A stretch of DNA of 64,000 nucleotides, taken from Klebsormidium nitens. Taxonomy: Eukaryota; Plantae; Klebsormidiophyceae. Positions 36,501 through 48,700 of the stretch are shown piece after piece. The DNA is taken from NCBI GenBank assembly GCA_000708835.1, contig DF237351.1, forward strand, positions 20,813 to 84,812. The letters are read 5' to 3'. The position numbers were made by a program, and so were the translations under genes. A model generated the notes under the pieces. The model ran no database searches. It saw only the letters and a list, made by a program, of their open reading frames with translations, and was not told the DNA's origin. Each line of letters opens with the position of its first letter. Positions within the stretch are counted from its first letter, which is position 1.

Positions 36501-38915
36501 TGCTCATCGCTTGCACCCTACTAGTCAGGAACGCGGGCAACGCCTGCACTGTGTCTGCCATTATGCTCGCCGCGTTTCCGGGAACCGAGTCCGCGCGAAC
36601 CCACATCGCGTAGCACAGCCCCTCGCATCCGGTTGCGGCAAATTGCAGCGCGAGGAGCTTCTGGGGCCGGGCCCCGAGCGCGGCCGTGAGCATGCTTGGC
36701 AGCAGGAGCTTCTCGGTGTCGACGACTTCGCCGGTGGCCGCGTCTAAAACGCCCTTGCTCAGGCGAACCGGGACGGTTACCAAGCCCTCGGGGACGCAGA
36801 GAACTGTCTCGGCAAGGCGGGTGGGCCGCTGCAGAGGGAAGGCGGGGAAAGAGGCGGTGAGTTTGAGTGGGATATTCGCGTTTTCTGTCTTAGGGTAAGA
36901 GGAACGTATGACTCCTGTAGGGTGAACTCTGCATTTAGCTGCTGCACGGTATCAAAGATGCACTTGATCAGAATGTCAAAGGTTACGGGATCTGCTGCAG
37001 TGAGCAAGGAAGGAAAGAGCAGTGGTCAAGACGTCAGTTCCGATTCCTAGCACGCTTACTTTGCAGATCCTTGGCAACGCTAAAACCTTGGTCTACATCC
37101 TTGTTCTGCTCGGATTGTTGTTGCAATGTCCTACCCAAACGCCTTGAACCTGCTGCCCACTCAAAGGAAAACCAGGTCACAGGGACCTTGAGCACAACAG
37201 CCGAGACCGTTTCTGAACAACTCGAGAAACCGAACCTACCTGCAGAATCGCTGCAATTGTGAGGTCCGCTTGCAGCGCCCGTGCCACGATCTTGAGCACC
37301 GACTGAGGCACGTGCATCTGGTTGTCGCTACTCTCGCCTGCGTCCAGCGCCGCACGTCGCCCGGTTGGCGTCCCCCCTACACTTCCCCCCCTGCCAGAGT
37401 TTCCTTCCCAAGCGCCCGGGGGGAGCGCACCGGGCGCGAGCGTAGTGCGCGCAAACTCCTGACTTAGCGGGGCGCTTGATGTGGAGGGGGTCGAGCTTCC
37501 ACTGACGCTGACCCCCCTGGGCGTTGAGTTGAAGCTTGTCGAGGGGGGGGAGGGGTTCTCTCGAAATGTCCAGGGGGGTGTGGCTCGGCTGGAGGGGGGT
37601 GCGGGAATCAAGGACGGAGGAAAAGCAGCCGGTTTAAAGATGGGGACCTCCCACTTTTCCAGCCGCCCCAGTCCGGAATGGGGGGGTGCGGCAGCATTTG
37701 GGTCGCCAGCCCCCTGGCGGCGGGACAGCATCTGCTCGCCCCACGGTTTGAACCCCCAGGAGGGGTCGGCAGGTTCGGGTTTACCGCTTGGGGGGCTGGG
37801 AGCAAGGAAGGGGGGTAAAGCAGCCTGGGGGCCAAACGGTTGTGGTGGCGACAGACCGCTCTGGAGGCTGGACGTTGGGAGCAGGTACGCAGGCATCGGG
37901 GGGGTGCTGCTGGCTGGTAAAACCAACCCCTGGACCGGACTGAAAGCGCCGGCGAACCCATTCCCTGGGATCGACCTCTGCGGTTGCAGGGCTTGGGGGA
38001 TGACTGCATCAGGCCTCCGTTCTAGCAGGCTCCCCCCCTTTAAATTCTTCGCTCCGCCGATATTTTGTTGGTCCGTCTCTGATGCTTCTCGGTTCCCCCC
38101 GCTCAGCAGGTCCGCATTCTCCGCTCCCCGAAGCCCAGCCTCTAGCGCACCTTCTGGCACTCCCGCACTTGCATCGACAGCGAGCATGATCTGCCAGACC
38201 CCCCGGCACTCTTGTTGCAGCTCGGCTGTTCTTGACGAGGGGCCCGGCGAAACCATCCCCAAACAGCCCCCCTGACGTCACCAGCGGTGCAGCGTATTAG
38301 CGCCTTGCTTGTTCGCGCTGGATGCCTGAACCAAGAATGTCTCACGTTGATCTCGTCAATTGGGAACAAGGTTGTAGCCAGCTCACGTTCCTGCACATAG
38401 CAGGTCCGAATCTGTGTGGACGCCTCAACAAGGTAATCTGGTGATGGATGCGCAAGCGTCCAAATGCTCGTGCCAGTTTGTTTGTCTAAGGCATGACCAC
38501 TTAAGCTGTGCATGACCACCTCGCAGTATGTTGTACAGCCACTGGATGCTGTTCACTGTCTCTTCAAGGACTACTTGAGCTTCAACGTGGCAGCAAGCCA
38601 ATGCATCTGTTCAATTCTTGCTTGCTCCTAAAAGTAAGCAAAACATACTCATGGCAGTACCCGCCATCATGTTTAGATGGTCCGGGGTTTCAAAGGACAG
38701 CCGCTTTCAGAAACTTCACTTGAAAAGAATGCCGACTAGCCGTCTTCAAATTCATTGAATCGTTGAAACTAACCTGGCAACGTCACTATGATGCAGCAAG
38801 CAAATGACCAGGACTTTACGAGCCGCTCAGAGGCCATGAACTCCATGGATCGGCTCTCTTTTCCAGAAGCAGAAGGTTCATTCATGCTTACTAGAGGTTC
38901 CCAGCTTTGCTTCAT
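30556..38915 (-). CDS. Soluble hybrid sensor histidine kinase (GAF-like / PAS / HisKA / HATPase_c / REC), about 1300-1430 aa; 5' exons tentative
   Basis: Firm exons: 38271-37240, 36828-36269, 35794-35517, 34765-34647, 34206-34102, 33013-32782 and 32174-30556. Tentative in-phase upstream exons: 38548-38346 and 38915-38774. H-box [16 protein letters not shown]-box [17 protein letters not shown]1 VTDTGIG, G2 [10 protein letters not shown]. Receiver VLVAEDN / LMDLQMP / YLTKP. Confidence 0.9.
36215..36241. repeat. (AAGC)6 microsatellite in the kinase intron
   Basis: aagcaagcaagcaagcaagcaagcaag read directly from the sequence. Confidence 0.9.
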
Positions 38916-39566
38916 CTCTCGATGCCTCAACTTATGAAATTTGCAATCCCACCCACTCTCCGGTTCCGCAGGGGTTCTGCCTCTCCTAGAAGGCCTTGCT
39001 CTGGCAATGGGTTACAACAGAATTATCCTCAAAAGTTTTCATTCACCAAAAGTGGCAAAACCTAATTCTGCTCGCCGAGGTGTTCTCTATTCTCAGTCAG
39101 CTGCAGAAGATTGAGCATCTGAGATCACACTTTACTTTTGTTCTGAACATGCTATGGCCAAAGTTAACAGTTTGCCTTTTTGCTCTAAACCAACTGAATG
39201 AACACCCTCACGGTCCGCAACTTCCAAGTCACCAGATCGATACTGAGGTTTGAAGCCATGGGACCTCCACGAGAAAGGTCCAAGAGGTGCTCTCAGTCAA
39301 TTCAGAATCAAGGCCACGACAGCTAGATGCACTAACAGGCAACAACTTGAAGGCCCCTCATGAAGGTAGAAAGGGGAACACAAGACGGTTGCTTGCATTG
39401 GACAGGGGCGCTGGTGTTGAACTTGCAGCGATATACCTAGGAATGTCACTGAAGTCTGACACTGTCTGAGTGTCAGAGAGAACACCGTGACGGTCAGGAA
39501 CATCTCATGCAAAGCGCGGCCATGGCTCCCGACCGTGCGGGCGGCCATAACACTCGATATTAAGAC

Positions 39567-39678
39567 TCGATTTTATGTGGAGTTAGGTGTATGTTGAGTT
39601 AGATCGATTCACCGTAAACCCCCAAACCAACCCGGGCATGATCTAAATCAACATAGCCGAAACTCGACATAAAATTGA
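39567..39678. other. Imperfect 39-bp inverted repeat (hairpin) with a 34-nt spacer
   Basis: Arm 39567-39605 versus arm 39640-39678: 32/39 complementary, plus one G-U pair on the plus strand. Confidence 0.8.
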
Positions 39679-40348
39679 GACTATTATGCGGCCCCAGGCC
39701 GCTCGGACTCTTCTCTGAGTTCCAACAATCAACGCGCCAGTGCGAACTCCGAGTTCAAGATCAGTGCCACGACAACATACACGGTACCTGAGCCGTCAAG
39801 AGTCTTATCTAGTTTACATCGGACGGCTCGGATCAGATACTTTACGTTCGGTTTCCGTCATGAGCAATCCATTCAATGATATGCATGCCATCAACTGCAC
39901 CAGAAGTGAGAACTCTATCTAGTTGCCAGCTCTGGCGCTGGAGGGTTGCTTAATTGGCTCCAGCAGCACAACAACGACGCAGGACTGCTATCTCTGTGCG
40001 GAAGAGTGGCGGGAGGCGTCGGCTGCAAAGACAGAACAGCACTTTTTAGGGCCCTGGGCCTGAGGTCAAAATTTGGGTCTGATACTGGCACTGTTGCTGG
40101 GAGGTTGCTGGTTGCTGAAAACTGAACAATGCATGGCAGCCTCGATTGGCGGCCTCCAAGGTTGCACAGCAAGACACTAAGAGATACTGTAAAGCGAAGG
40201 TATCAGTGAAACATCACAGTGTGGTTTGATGTTTTCCCAATGCGCGAGCTTTCAGCTTCGCTGATGGAGCACAGGGGAGCAAATTATGAGAAGGATCTAG
40301 AAGCTGAGGAAGCCAAATTGAGGCAGAGCTGGTAACACCATAAGCATC

Positions 40349-42694
40349 TTGGGCAGCATTGCAAACCTAAAGCAGGGTGCTGCTGCCGTTCTCTGCGATG
40401 CAAGACAGAGGAGTACTGGCCTTGTCACTGCCGACAACCGCTCAAAAGAGACTGCGCAGTTGGCTTGTGCTACCTTGGGGTCTACTGTCGTTAGTCAAGA
40501 TACTGGTATAGGCTTCTATTCTCTTGAAGGTAGTCAAATGGCAAGTGCGGCTCATGATGCAGCACAGCTTTACAAAACTGCCTCGCGGCATGACTTGCAG
40601 GAGAACTCTGAGCACCGAAAGAAGGAGGTTCGGACGGCGGCAGACGTGTTTGCGGACAGAGCCCCGTCCGTAATTGACATGGACCTGCTCTGGAAGCTGC
40701 AGGCAGACCACTACAAGGAGTTTGCAAGCCGCTTGCACGATGGGGATGCGGACAACCCTCAGGCGACTGTCCAGAATGCGCCTGACCAGCTGTATGGCGG
40801 TCAGGATGCATTGAATTTGGGGGCGAGGTCAGGGGAGCAAGCTAGAGTAGGACGAGAACTGAATGGCGGAACTGGTGGGAGCATCAGCACGTTTGGGAAA
40901 GAGGAGGGAACAGAGCGAGCAGGGCCCTCAAGGAAGAGCGTTCGGAGGGCCAAGAAGCGAATGTTAGAATCAGGACTCTTGAGCAGAGAGTTGCCTGCGG
41001 ACCCAGGGTCTTGTGAGCCATCACTAGGGGAAAGTCTAGGAGCAGCAGGGGACTCTGTAAGGTCCAAAATTGAGAGGAGAAGAGACGCCGAGCTTGAGCC
41101 CTCCCCAAAATCAATCCAAAAGCAGGCAGAAGGACCAGGACCCCCGCAGAAGCAGGGTGGTGTTAAATTGGTTGCGTCTGAAACAAGGAGAAATGCACCA
41201 GCTGAAGTTGCACAGAACCAGCGGAGGCGGGAGGAAGTCTCAGGAGAAGGAGAGGGCCCCGGTGTTGCCAAGTCCCCCGGACAGCCATCAAAGGCAAGTC
41301 CTTATCCTGGAGATTTGATTTTATGTTTCTTAAAGGTGGAAGGCAGGCTGCCCGCTGAAGGCCTGCAAATGACTCGCCTTTGTTGTCGCAAATGGCGCAC
41401 CTTTCTTGTCGCGGGGTGCTTTTGGAAGCAGGCAAACTTGTTTCGGATCCTGTTAGCCTGATCAACGATGGGCGGAGCCTTGAAGGTATCCAAAAACTGC
41501 AGAAACGAAGAGCTACCCGTTCCCACTACATTCTTTGATGGTTTCCAAGCTTAATGTTTGCATCTCGCATTTGAACGAAAGTTGCGATCGCAGATCAAAA
41601 GTCAGTAGAAGCAACCTTGCCTTGCCCAACGATTCCATACCCGTGTTAAAAGTTTCAACTTGGCTTCACTCGAGTGTCGGGGCTTCATGACCTCAAAAAG
41701 CACTGGCCTCGCATTCCGTGGGTTAGTAGAGCTGCGGGTTCATCAAAGACTAACTCTATGTAACCTTCCCAGTTAGATTGATTACTCGAGATGACTCCAT
41801 TCTGGCAGGTACTTTACGTCAAGAATTTGGACAGAAGTGTGATCAAGGGCGACCTACTAGCGCTTTTCCTCCCTTTCCAAAGAACCGGCGCTCCCTCCGT
41901 TTCGATTCGTCTGATGCAAAGGGGCCGGATGAAAGGGCAAGCGTTCATCACGTTCCCAGGTAAAACACACTGGAGCACGCCAATCCTACGTTCAAAAGTG
42001 TTTACAGATATTGGGAGCTTCTCATGAACGGGGCTTGCTTATTCAGGCCATTCGGCATCCCGGTCTCATACCACATGCTTTCTCCTCTCTCAAATGTAAC
42101 TGACGGTTCCCCCAGATCCTAATTTGACCGCAGGGATCCGTGCTCTGGATTAGCAACAGATTTCTGATTCAAAGTCTCGGTTCATCGACGTGCTTCTCAT
42201 TTCGGTTTGCCTTCTCATTTCTTGTAACTTGGCTGGGATCCCTACCTTAGAAAGTCGGAGGGCCAGGCTTTTTGGAAGTCCGATACCCCTGATTAAACGT
42301 CCGTCAACAGCAAGCTGTTGCTTAGAGTTGTTCGGTCAAATTATGTTCAGACTAGCTTTTATCTGGACGTCTTGAACGTCCGCCGCATGTTCTCTTATTG
42401 GACCCTGCACTTCTGACCCTCGGGGTCAGGCTGGAACCGTACGGCTTTTACTATTTCATTCACTTTATTTGTCTGAGTCCAGGGAGGAACGAACATTCTT
42501 GTCAAAATTGATGGGCAATCCTGCTGCCTTTGCAATATCGGTGGAGATATTAGCTGGTTACTGTGCAGAACACGAACTCCATCCGTCTCATCGTTGCAGA
42601 CCTCCCGACAGCCCGCGAAGCTCTGGAGGCTACCAACGGCCTCGTGATCATAGGAAGACCCCTTATCGTCGAATTTGGTCGCAATCCAGGCTAG
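40349..42694 (+). CDS. RBM41-like: RBM41 / U11-U12-65K (RNPC3)-type single-RRM protein; 5' end unresolved
   Basis: Long low-complexity exon to 41293, then exons 41809-41959 and 42600-42694. These give PGQPSK|VLYVKNLD...FLPFQ...IRLMQRGRMKGQAFITFP|D...ALEATNGLVIIGRPLIVEFGRN, the characteristic U12/U6atac-binding RRM of the 65K/RBM41 family. Confidence 0.8.
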
Positions 42695-43408
42695 GCGTTG
42701 ACGGGAAGGTCCTCCGCGTAATCAGGTTGCTGCAGACCCGCATCAGTGGCGCCGTGAATGCTCCCATGCTCCTTTCAAGGGAGCGGTCTTTGACCAGCCG
42801 ACGGATCTCTATGGAAGGCCAGACGGCCATGCCCGTAGTGCTTTGGTTCACTGTGTGTTTGGAAATAAGCAGATACTTATCTCAATATCGTGTATCATGT
42901 ATGATGGGTTGTGCATGCTGCCTACCGTACCTAGGCGGCAGCGTCTCGCTCACTCAAACCCACATGAGGCCGGCCCAATTTGCAGTGCCTTGACGCCTGG
43001 TCAATGCTGGCTACCGCGATATATTAGTTAAACAAAATATCAGGCCGCGCTCAACATATTACTGCTGCGTAGCATGCACAGCTGGCGGCTAGCTCTGGCT
43101 GCTATACGCCATGATTCACTCAACCGTACGTGATTCATGATTCAACCGTCCCAGGGCCACGCCGCCGGTTATCGTATAAGTCGACCAGCGGGCCATGCAA
43201 AAACATTCATAAAATTATCACCAAAGTAAACTAGAATTAGCGCATGTACAAATTGCGGCGCCCATGTATCATTTGCGGAGCTACGTATAGTATGCTGCCC
43301 CAGAATGCTCTCCGTGACGGTCAGCTCTTCCATCGATCGCCGCGTCTACAACTCGAAGTGACTTATTGCCACAACGGTGCAGACAGAATACAACTCAGTA
43401 ATTCCTGA

Positions 43409-45179
43409 TCAGTTGCAATGCCAGTCAGGCCACTGAACTCGCAGTACGCCAAGTAGCCGCTGCCAAGTGGTGCGGGGGACTTCAATCATGGCACATATGA
43501 AGGCATATGCCAGTGAATTGATTTCCACGCCGGTATGTGTGGCAGTATACATGCTCGGAGAATTGCACACCGAGAAAATATCCAGTCGGCTGTCTCGGAG
43601 CTTGAACGAACAAGCTTTGGATCTCTTTATCGAAGTCACTCGCACTGCTTTCCGAAGTTCGGAATCGGGATGACAGCCCAATCTTGAAAGGTGGTATTGC
43701 TCCACGCGTATGAGCTGCTCCCTTACGTTTGCAGACTCCTCCGGGTGAACACATTATTCTTGCATACCCAACGAGCCCTTAGATGCCCGGCATCCTGTGC
43801 TAAGATCTCGTACCCTGCTGTTGACGGCACACTAAAGGATACATCGAGATGAACCAACTGCTTCAACTTTTCGAGCAAGCTGCGCACTACCGACGCAGAT
43901 TTGAGGCCTGGGATCCACGTTGCATAAAGCTTTTTCAAGCCAGCTGGAAGATTGAGGAAGACTCTGACCTCTAGTGCGTGGCAGCCATTGATGTGAAGCT
44001 CTTGTAGCACTGGTGCGGCCTGAACAATGCTTAGCAAAGTAATTGAGGTGAGACCTGCGTTCCAACTCAAGTCCAGATGTCGAAGGCCCCTGAAATGGCA
44101 GGACCATGTGCCAAGTTCCGCGAAGTGTTTGGCCGACAGGGTCTTGCAAGCTTTGATGCAGAGAACCTGCAGTAGTACATCACCAACAGAGATCAGCTGA
44201 CGCTCTTAAAGCAAGGCAGGTGGCTTTCATGAAAAGCATCCTGTACCTCACTATGTGGTCCAACATGTACCGTTAAGGAGGAAGAAAGTTAGCTTCAGGA
44301 TTTCTGGACACATATGCAAAGGATAGGATAGAAGAGCCCGCTTTCAGCAACATGCAAACTGGAACCTCTCCCTTCAAAACTTAAGCAAGCTGACGAGGCA
44401 GATGCCCCAATCTGACGTTTTCTTACCTCCAGGTGCTTCTTGTTGCTGCTGATTTCAAAGATCCTCCTTTCAAAGTCTATGTCCAAGCCGTCCCCCGTCA
44501 CATCAAAGGTGCACTCGAAAAGAACCACTTTTTTTGCTTGGCTGAGCTGTGGCAGCAGTTTCTTCCACGCAACTCCTTCACATCGTTCCAGTACGACCGC
44601 TCCCCAATCACGAAAACTCGAAGATGGAGAATAGAAGAATGCTCCTGAGCAGTCAGCGCAATCTGAAACAGAAATACTTCTTTCAACGCTGTACATCATA
44701 GAGCCAAGGCTGAGAAGGGCGCCGTCAGTAACACCGCTGCAGTTTGAAAGGGAGACCTGTCGCCATATCCTGCCTCCAGCTCCTCTGAAGCAATTGAAGC
44801 CGCTTTTTGTCTGCTCTCCTCTGAGCTGCAGAACTCGCAAGCCCCCTGGGAACATTGAGGACTGCAGGAGCCTCACAGTCAGCCCGAGCTTGTTTATCAT
44901 TGGCGGTCTTTTGTCCAAAATGGTCTGCCGTTTGCTACACCAGCGAAGCTCCTGACCACAAGGGGAATAATGTTCAGTAGAAACTGGAGAGTATCGGCAT
45001 GTTTGTGGTCCATTCTGTTGGTCAGCCTCCAAAGACAGGAACCGCTTGCTGCTAGCAGCGAGAGCAATTGCTGCTAGGCAATCAAGTCGTGATGTAATCT
45101 GTTTCAGCAAATCAAGAGGCAACTCAATCAACGCACATGGATCTACCAAACAACACGCTTCTGCATTGCAACTCTCCAT
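43409..45179 (-). CDS. F-box/LRR-repeat protein, about 485 aa, 3 exons (last exon less certain)
   Basis: Exons 45179-44427, 44166-43768 and 43714-43409. N-terminal F-box LIELPLDLLKQITSRLDCLAAIALAASSKRF. LRR-like units LRHLDLSWNAGLT, LQELHINGCHAL and LVHLDVSF. Confidence 0.75.
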
Positions 45180-45412
45180 GCTTGCGCGCAATGAGAGAGA
45201 TCGCTGCGTTCATTGTTCAGCTGCTACATAGTTGACAACACCACCTCCGAGATTCCGAAAATCCTGAGTAGCATTTCAGGAAGCCCCTCACAGATCCCGA
45301 GCGAAGAAATCAGCTGCGCATCTTTGCTCCCGAACAGCTCGTCGTCGACTCTGCCAAGGGAAAGAATTCCTGAATTGTATCTTTACTGCTTATGGGCGAC
45401 CGCCTTGTCACA

Positions 45413-45509
45413 CCGTTATCACGGCGCTTGACAACGGCTCAAGAAAGCGTCAATATACCGTGCTAAGTTGCGACTACCGTTAATGAAACGGCCAATTTCT
45501 GGCCGTTTC
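45413..45509. promoter_or_regulatory. Cluster of five AACGG (MSA-core / 3R-MYB-type) motifs including a 10-bp inverted repeat
   Basis: AACGG on either strand at 45413, 45433, 45477, 45487 and 45503. gaaacggcca-atttc-tggccgtttc at 45485-45509. Lies in the divergent F-box/DUF3598 promoter. Confidence 0.45.
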
Positions 45510-45756
45510 TGAATGACAACCCCTCCACGGTCCACCTGTGTCGCTAAAGTGGATCGCCCTGTCGTCGCCATATACTACTGGTAATAGGGCTACATATGGA
45601 CGTGCACTCTGGCCGGCGCCAATGGCAATTGGCAGCATTGCCATTGTACATACCGGTAGGTGTGGACATGCAACCCACTGGCGTCCCTTGATCAGCTCCT
45701 TTTGCTGACAAGAACGTATTCAATTGCAAAAGTTTTCAGCGCTTCAGCAGATCCCA

Positions 45757-48700
45757 ATGGGTGTCCTCTCAGTCAGCAGAGCTGGGCCGCATGGCTGCCT
45801 CAGCGCCACTCCCAATTATGTAATTGAAAGCCAGTCAGCTGGGAGGCGGCCACGACAGCCAGTAGCCAATAAGTATTCTGCAGGTCTGTGCTTTCCCTGC
45901 TCTTTCCTTGGCAGCATTTCCTGCATTCAGCAATCACATAAAACTCATAATAAAATCTCGAGTCATGATTTCAAAGTATGCGCTGAGAGGCGAGGGGGTG
46001 GCTCACAGGGGCCTAGGAAAGACTCCGGCGGGGGGCGGCCTGGTGGAAGTCAAGGGGGGAGGGGCGGGGGGAGAGGTTCCTCCTCGGAAAGGTCCGGTCA
46101 GGCAGGGGGGAGGAGAAGTGGGGGTTCAGGAAGGGGGGGTGAGAGAAGTGGCGATGGGAGGGGTGGTAAGGGCAGGGGCAAGGGGAGGACGGAAGGGGAG
46201 GCCAAGACGGTGGCGCCAAAGGAGGGGGGCCTCAGGATCAAGTCCGAGAGCGTGATTCAGGAAGAGGTAAGGAGCATAGTACGCCGACTTTGAGGGACTA
46301 AGTCCGATCATGTTTAGTGTTCTATGCTCCACATTGGCGCATCTTTGAACTTCTGCATGCGACTGTATTCTTCAAGCTGGTGGCTTTGCTATTTGCTATT
46401 TTCAAGCAATGGAAGGGTGGTGTACTGGTTAAAAGGTCCGATGTTTTAGCGCAAGAAGCACCAATGAGAAAGGCTGTTATCTGCCACCAATTTGGAGTGG
46501 CTTATGTTTCTGTGGTGATTGAGATTCTCCCCCCGAGAGCTTCTCCTTTCGAAAGAAATGAGCAAATTCTTGCCAATCTCTAGAATCGCTGGTTTCATAA
46601 AGTAAGGACTTGAGAAACCAAATAGCAATTTCTCCAATAGTTGGCCGTGACATTGTTTTTTGCTCAGATTACGAGGCACATCAGGCTGACGGTCATAAGC
46701 ATCACACTATGGGGCTTTTGTTCAGACATCCTTTTGGAGTACTTGTTAAAAAGCAGTATCGATGATGGCTCATTTACAAAGTCTAATTGTGTACACAGTG
46801 TTCAGAAGTCTCAAGGAAAGCCGTTTTGCCACCAACGTCCTTTCAGTGAAGTAGGCGTAGAGTCCGACGACATTGTGTGTACCAGGTCTTAGCTTTTATG
46901 TACAGTACGTTGAACTGAGCACACTGTTCAGATTGTTTCCAGAGACTAGAAGTCATTGCAGAAGCTCTAACATCTCTGGGACAACTTGACTGTTGCCTTC
47001 AGGAGGCGGCTGGTCTGCTACGCATCAGTCAGTTGGAAAAAGTTCACTACTTCTCGCTCTGGTGCTTATGTTAGACATGGTGTTGCGGGTTCGTTTGGGA
47101 ATGTTTGCTCAGGACTCACAGGAAGAGTGAACAAGTCTATTTACCAGAGGCACTTTCCATTCTCAAGGAAAAGTAAAACGTGTCCAACTTAGTGCTACAG
47201 TGCATGGTTGAAAGGGCACAGCTTTCAGTTGTACCCTTCTGCAGGAACCGGCAGGCACCCCCCAGTGGGACACGTTTGTGAGCAGCCTGTCCGGCGTTTG
47301 GGAGGGCATGGCCGGCGCGTTCTCTCCAATCACCGGCAAAATGGAGCCCCTCGCTCTAGACGAGGAAAACAGCTACCTCTTCGACGCGCTCTCGCACTGC
47401 TTCGTCGAGGGGGGGGTCAGCGTCCCAGCCAAAACAGGGGGGGAGACTGCAAACGGCGTGCGGCGGCAGGTGTTCTGGACGGTCGGCAATGCGGCGGAAA
47501 AGAACGAGGGGCAGTACCAGGACGACGTCGTCGATGACGTGGATGTTGACGTGGAGGATGACGTCAGCGGGCTGGCGGGGGAGCGAGCGAAGCTGGAGCG
47601 GGCGCTGGCGGCCTCGGAGGGGGCGAGCGGTGAGGTGCGAAAGGAGGGGGGCGAAACGAAAGAGGGGGGCGATCTGGAGGAGGGGGACGAACTAGACTGG
47701 GAGGAATTTGAGGAGGGCGACTTCGAGGAGGGGGACGAGTTTGAGGAGGACGATGATGACGACATGGAGGAGTCGCAGGTGGAGGATGACGTCATGGGGC
47801 GCGAGCCGGGGCTGATCTTCTTCGAGGTGAGGGTGGCAGTGAGCCCGCACCGCGTGTGTCTTATGTTGTTTTTGCACGTTACTGTTTCGAACACTCCTTA
47901 GGAATCGCTGACATTTCCGTTCATGCTTGGTTGGAAAAGCCGAGTCCGACACTTCAGCCGGCTTCTAATTGGCAGCTGCAAACGACGGAGGTATGGCGAC
48001 AGCCGAAGATTGACACGAATCGTTCAAAAAGCGCACGCTGTTTGGACGTTTGTCAGAGTGATCACCAGAATGGGTTGGGGTCGCACCGGCAGAACATTGG
48101 CGAATCTTTCTAAGAAGAAAGCCCGGTACCGAAACGGCTTTTGTCAGTAGAAACGAAAAAGAAAGGAAACGTTTGTCTATGCAACACTCGACTTCGGGAG
48201 GCCGGACTTGACAGTTTCAACAAACTCGAAGTTTTGGTCCTTTCAGCAGCGAAAATCGTTCAGACAGCTGGACGGGGCACAGTCTTATGAGGTAGAGAGG
48301 CGAGAGCAGTGCGGATCGCAATCACCAGGGAGAAGCAGCCTTCCCATTTTTGCCTGCAGGGCGGATGGCATGCACAGGTGCTTCGATGTTTTCTGGCAAA
48401 GTTCGTCAGAACGTAACACAACACTTCTTGCCATCAGAAAGCTGTATCTGGTACTTGAAGTCGAGGGCGCTTGTTGCATTACTCTTGGAGGACAATTCAC
48501 ATCTACGGGAACCAATTGATTGTCATATAAGCACCCTGCAACACCGGTGCCGTGGAAGGAAAAGGCCGTTAGGCGGAAGTAAGTGCTTATATTTCGCTTT
48601 GCGCCTGCAGGACGGCTCATACTCGCGGGGGCCGCTGGACCTGCTGAACAACGTGCAAGTAGATGACGTGGATCCAGATTCCGTGGCGGATGACGACCCC

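Noticed and set aside
43834-43842. Perfect U12-type donor GTATCCTTT on the minus strand next to a minor-spliceosome gene
   Set aside because: It falls on codons for the LRR motif HLDVSF, the frame stays open and LRR-like, and no TCCTTAAC branch site follows.
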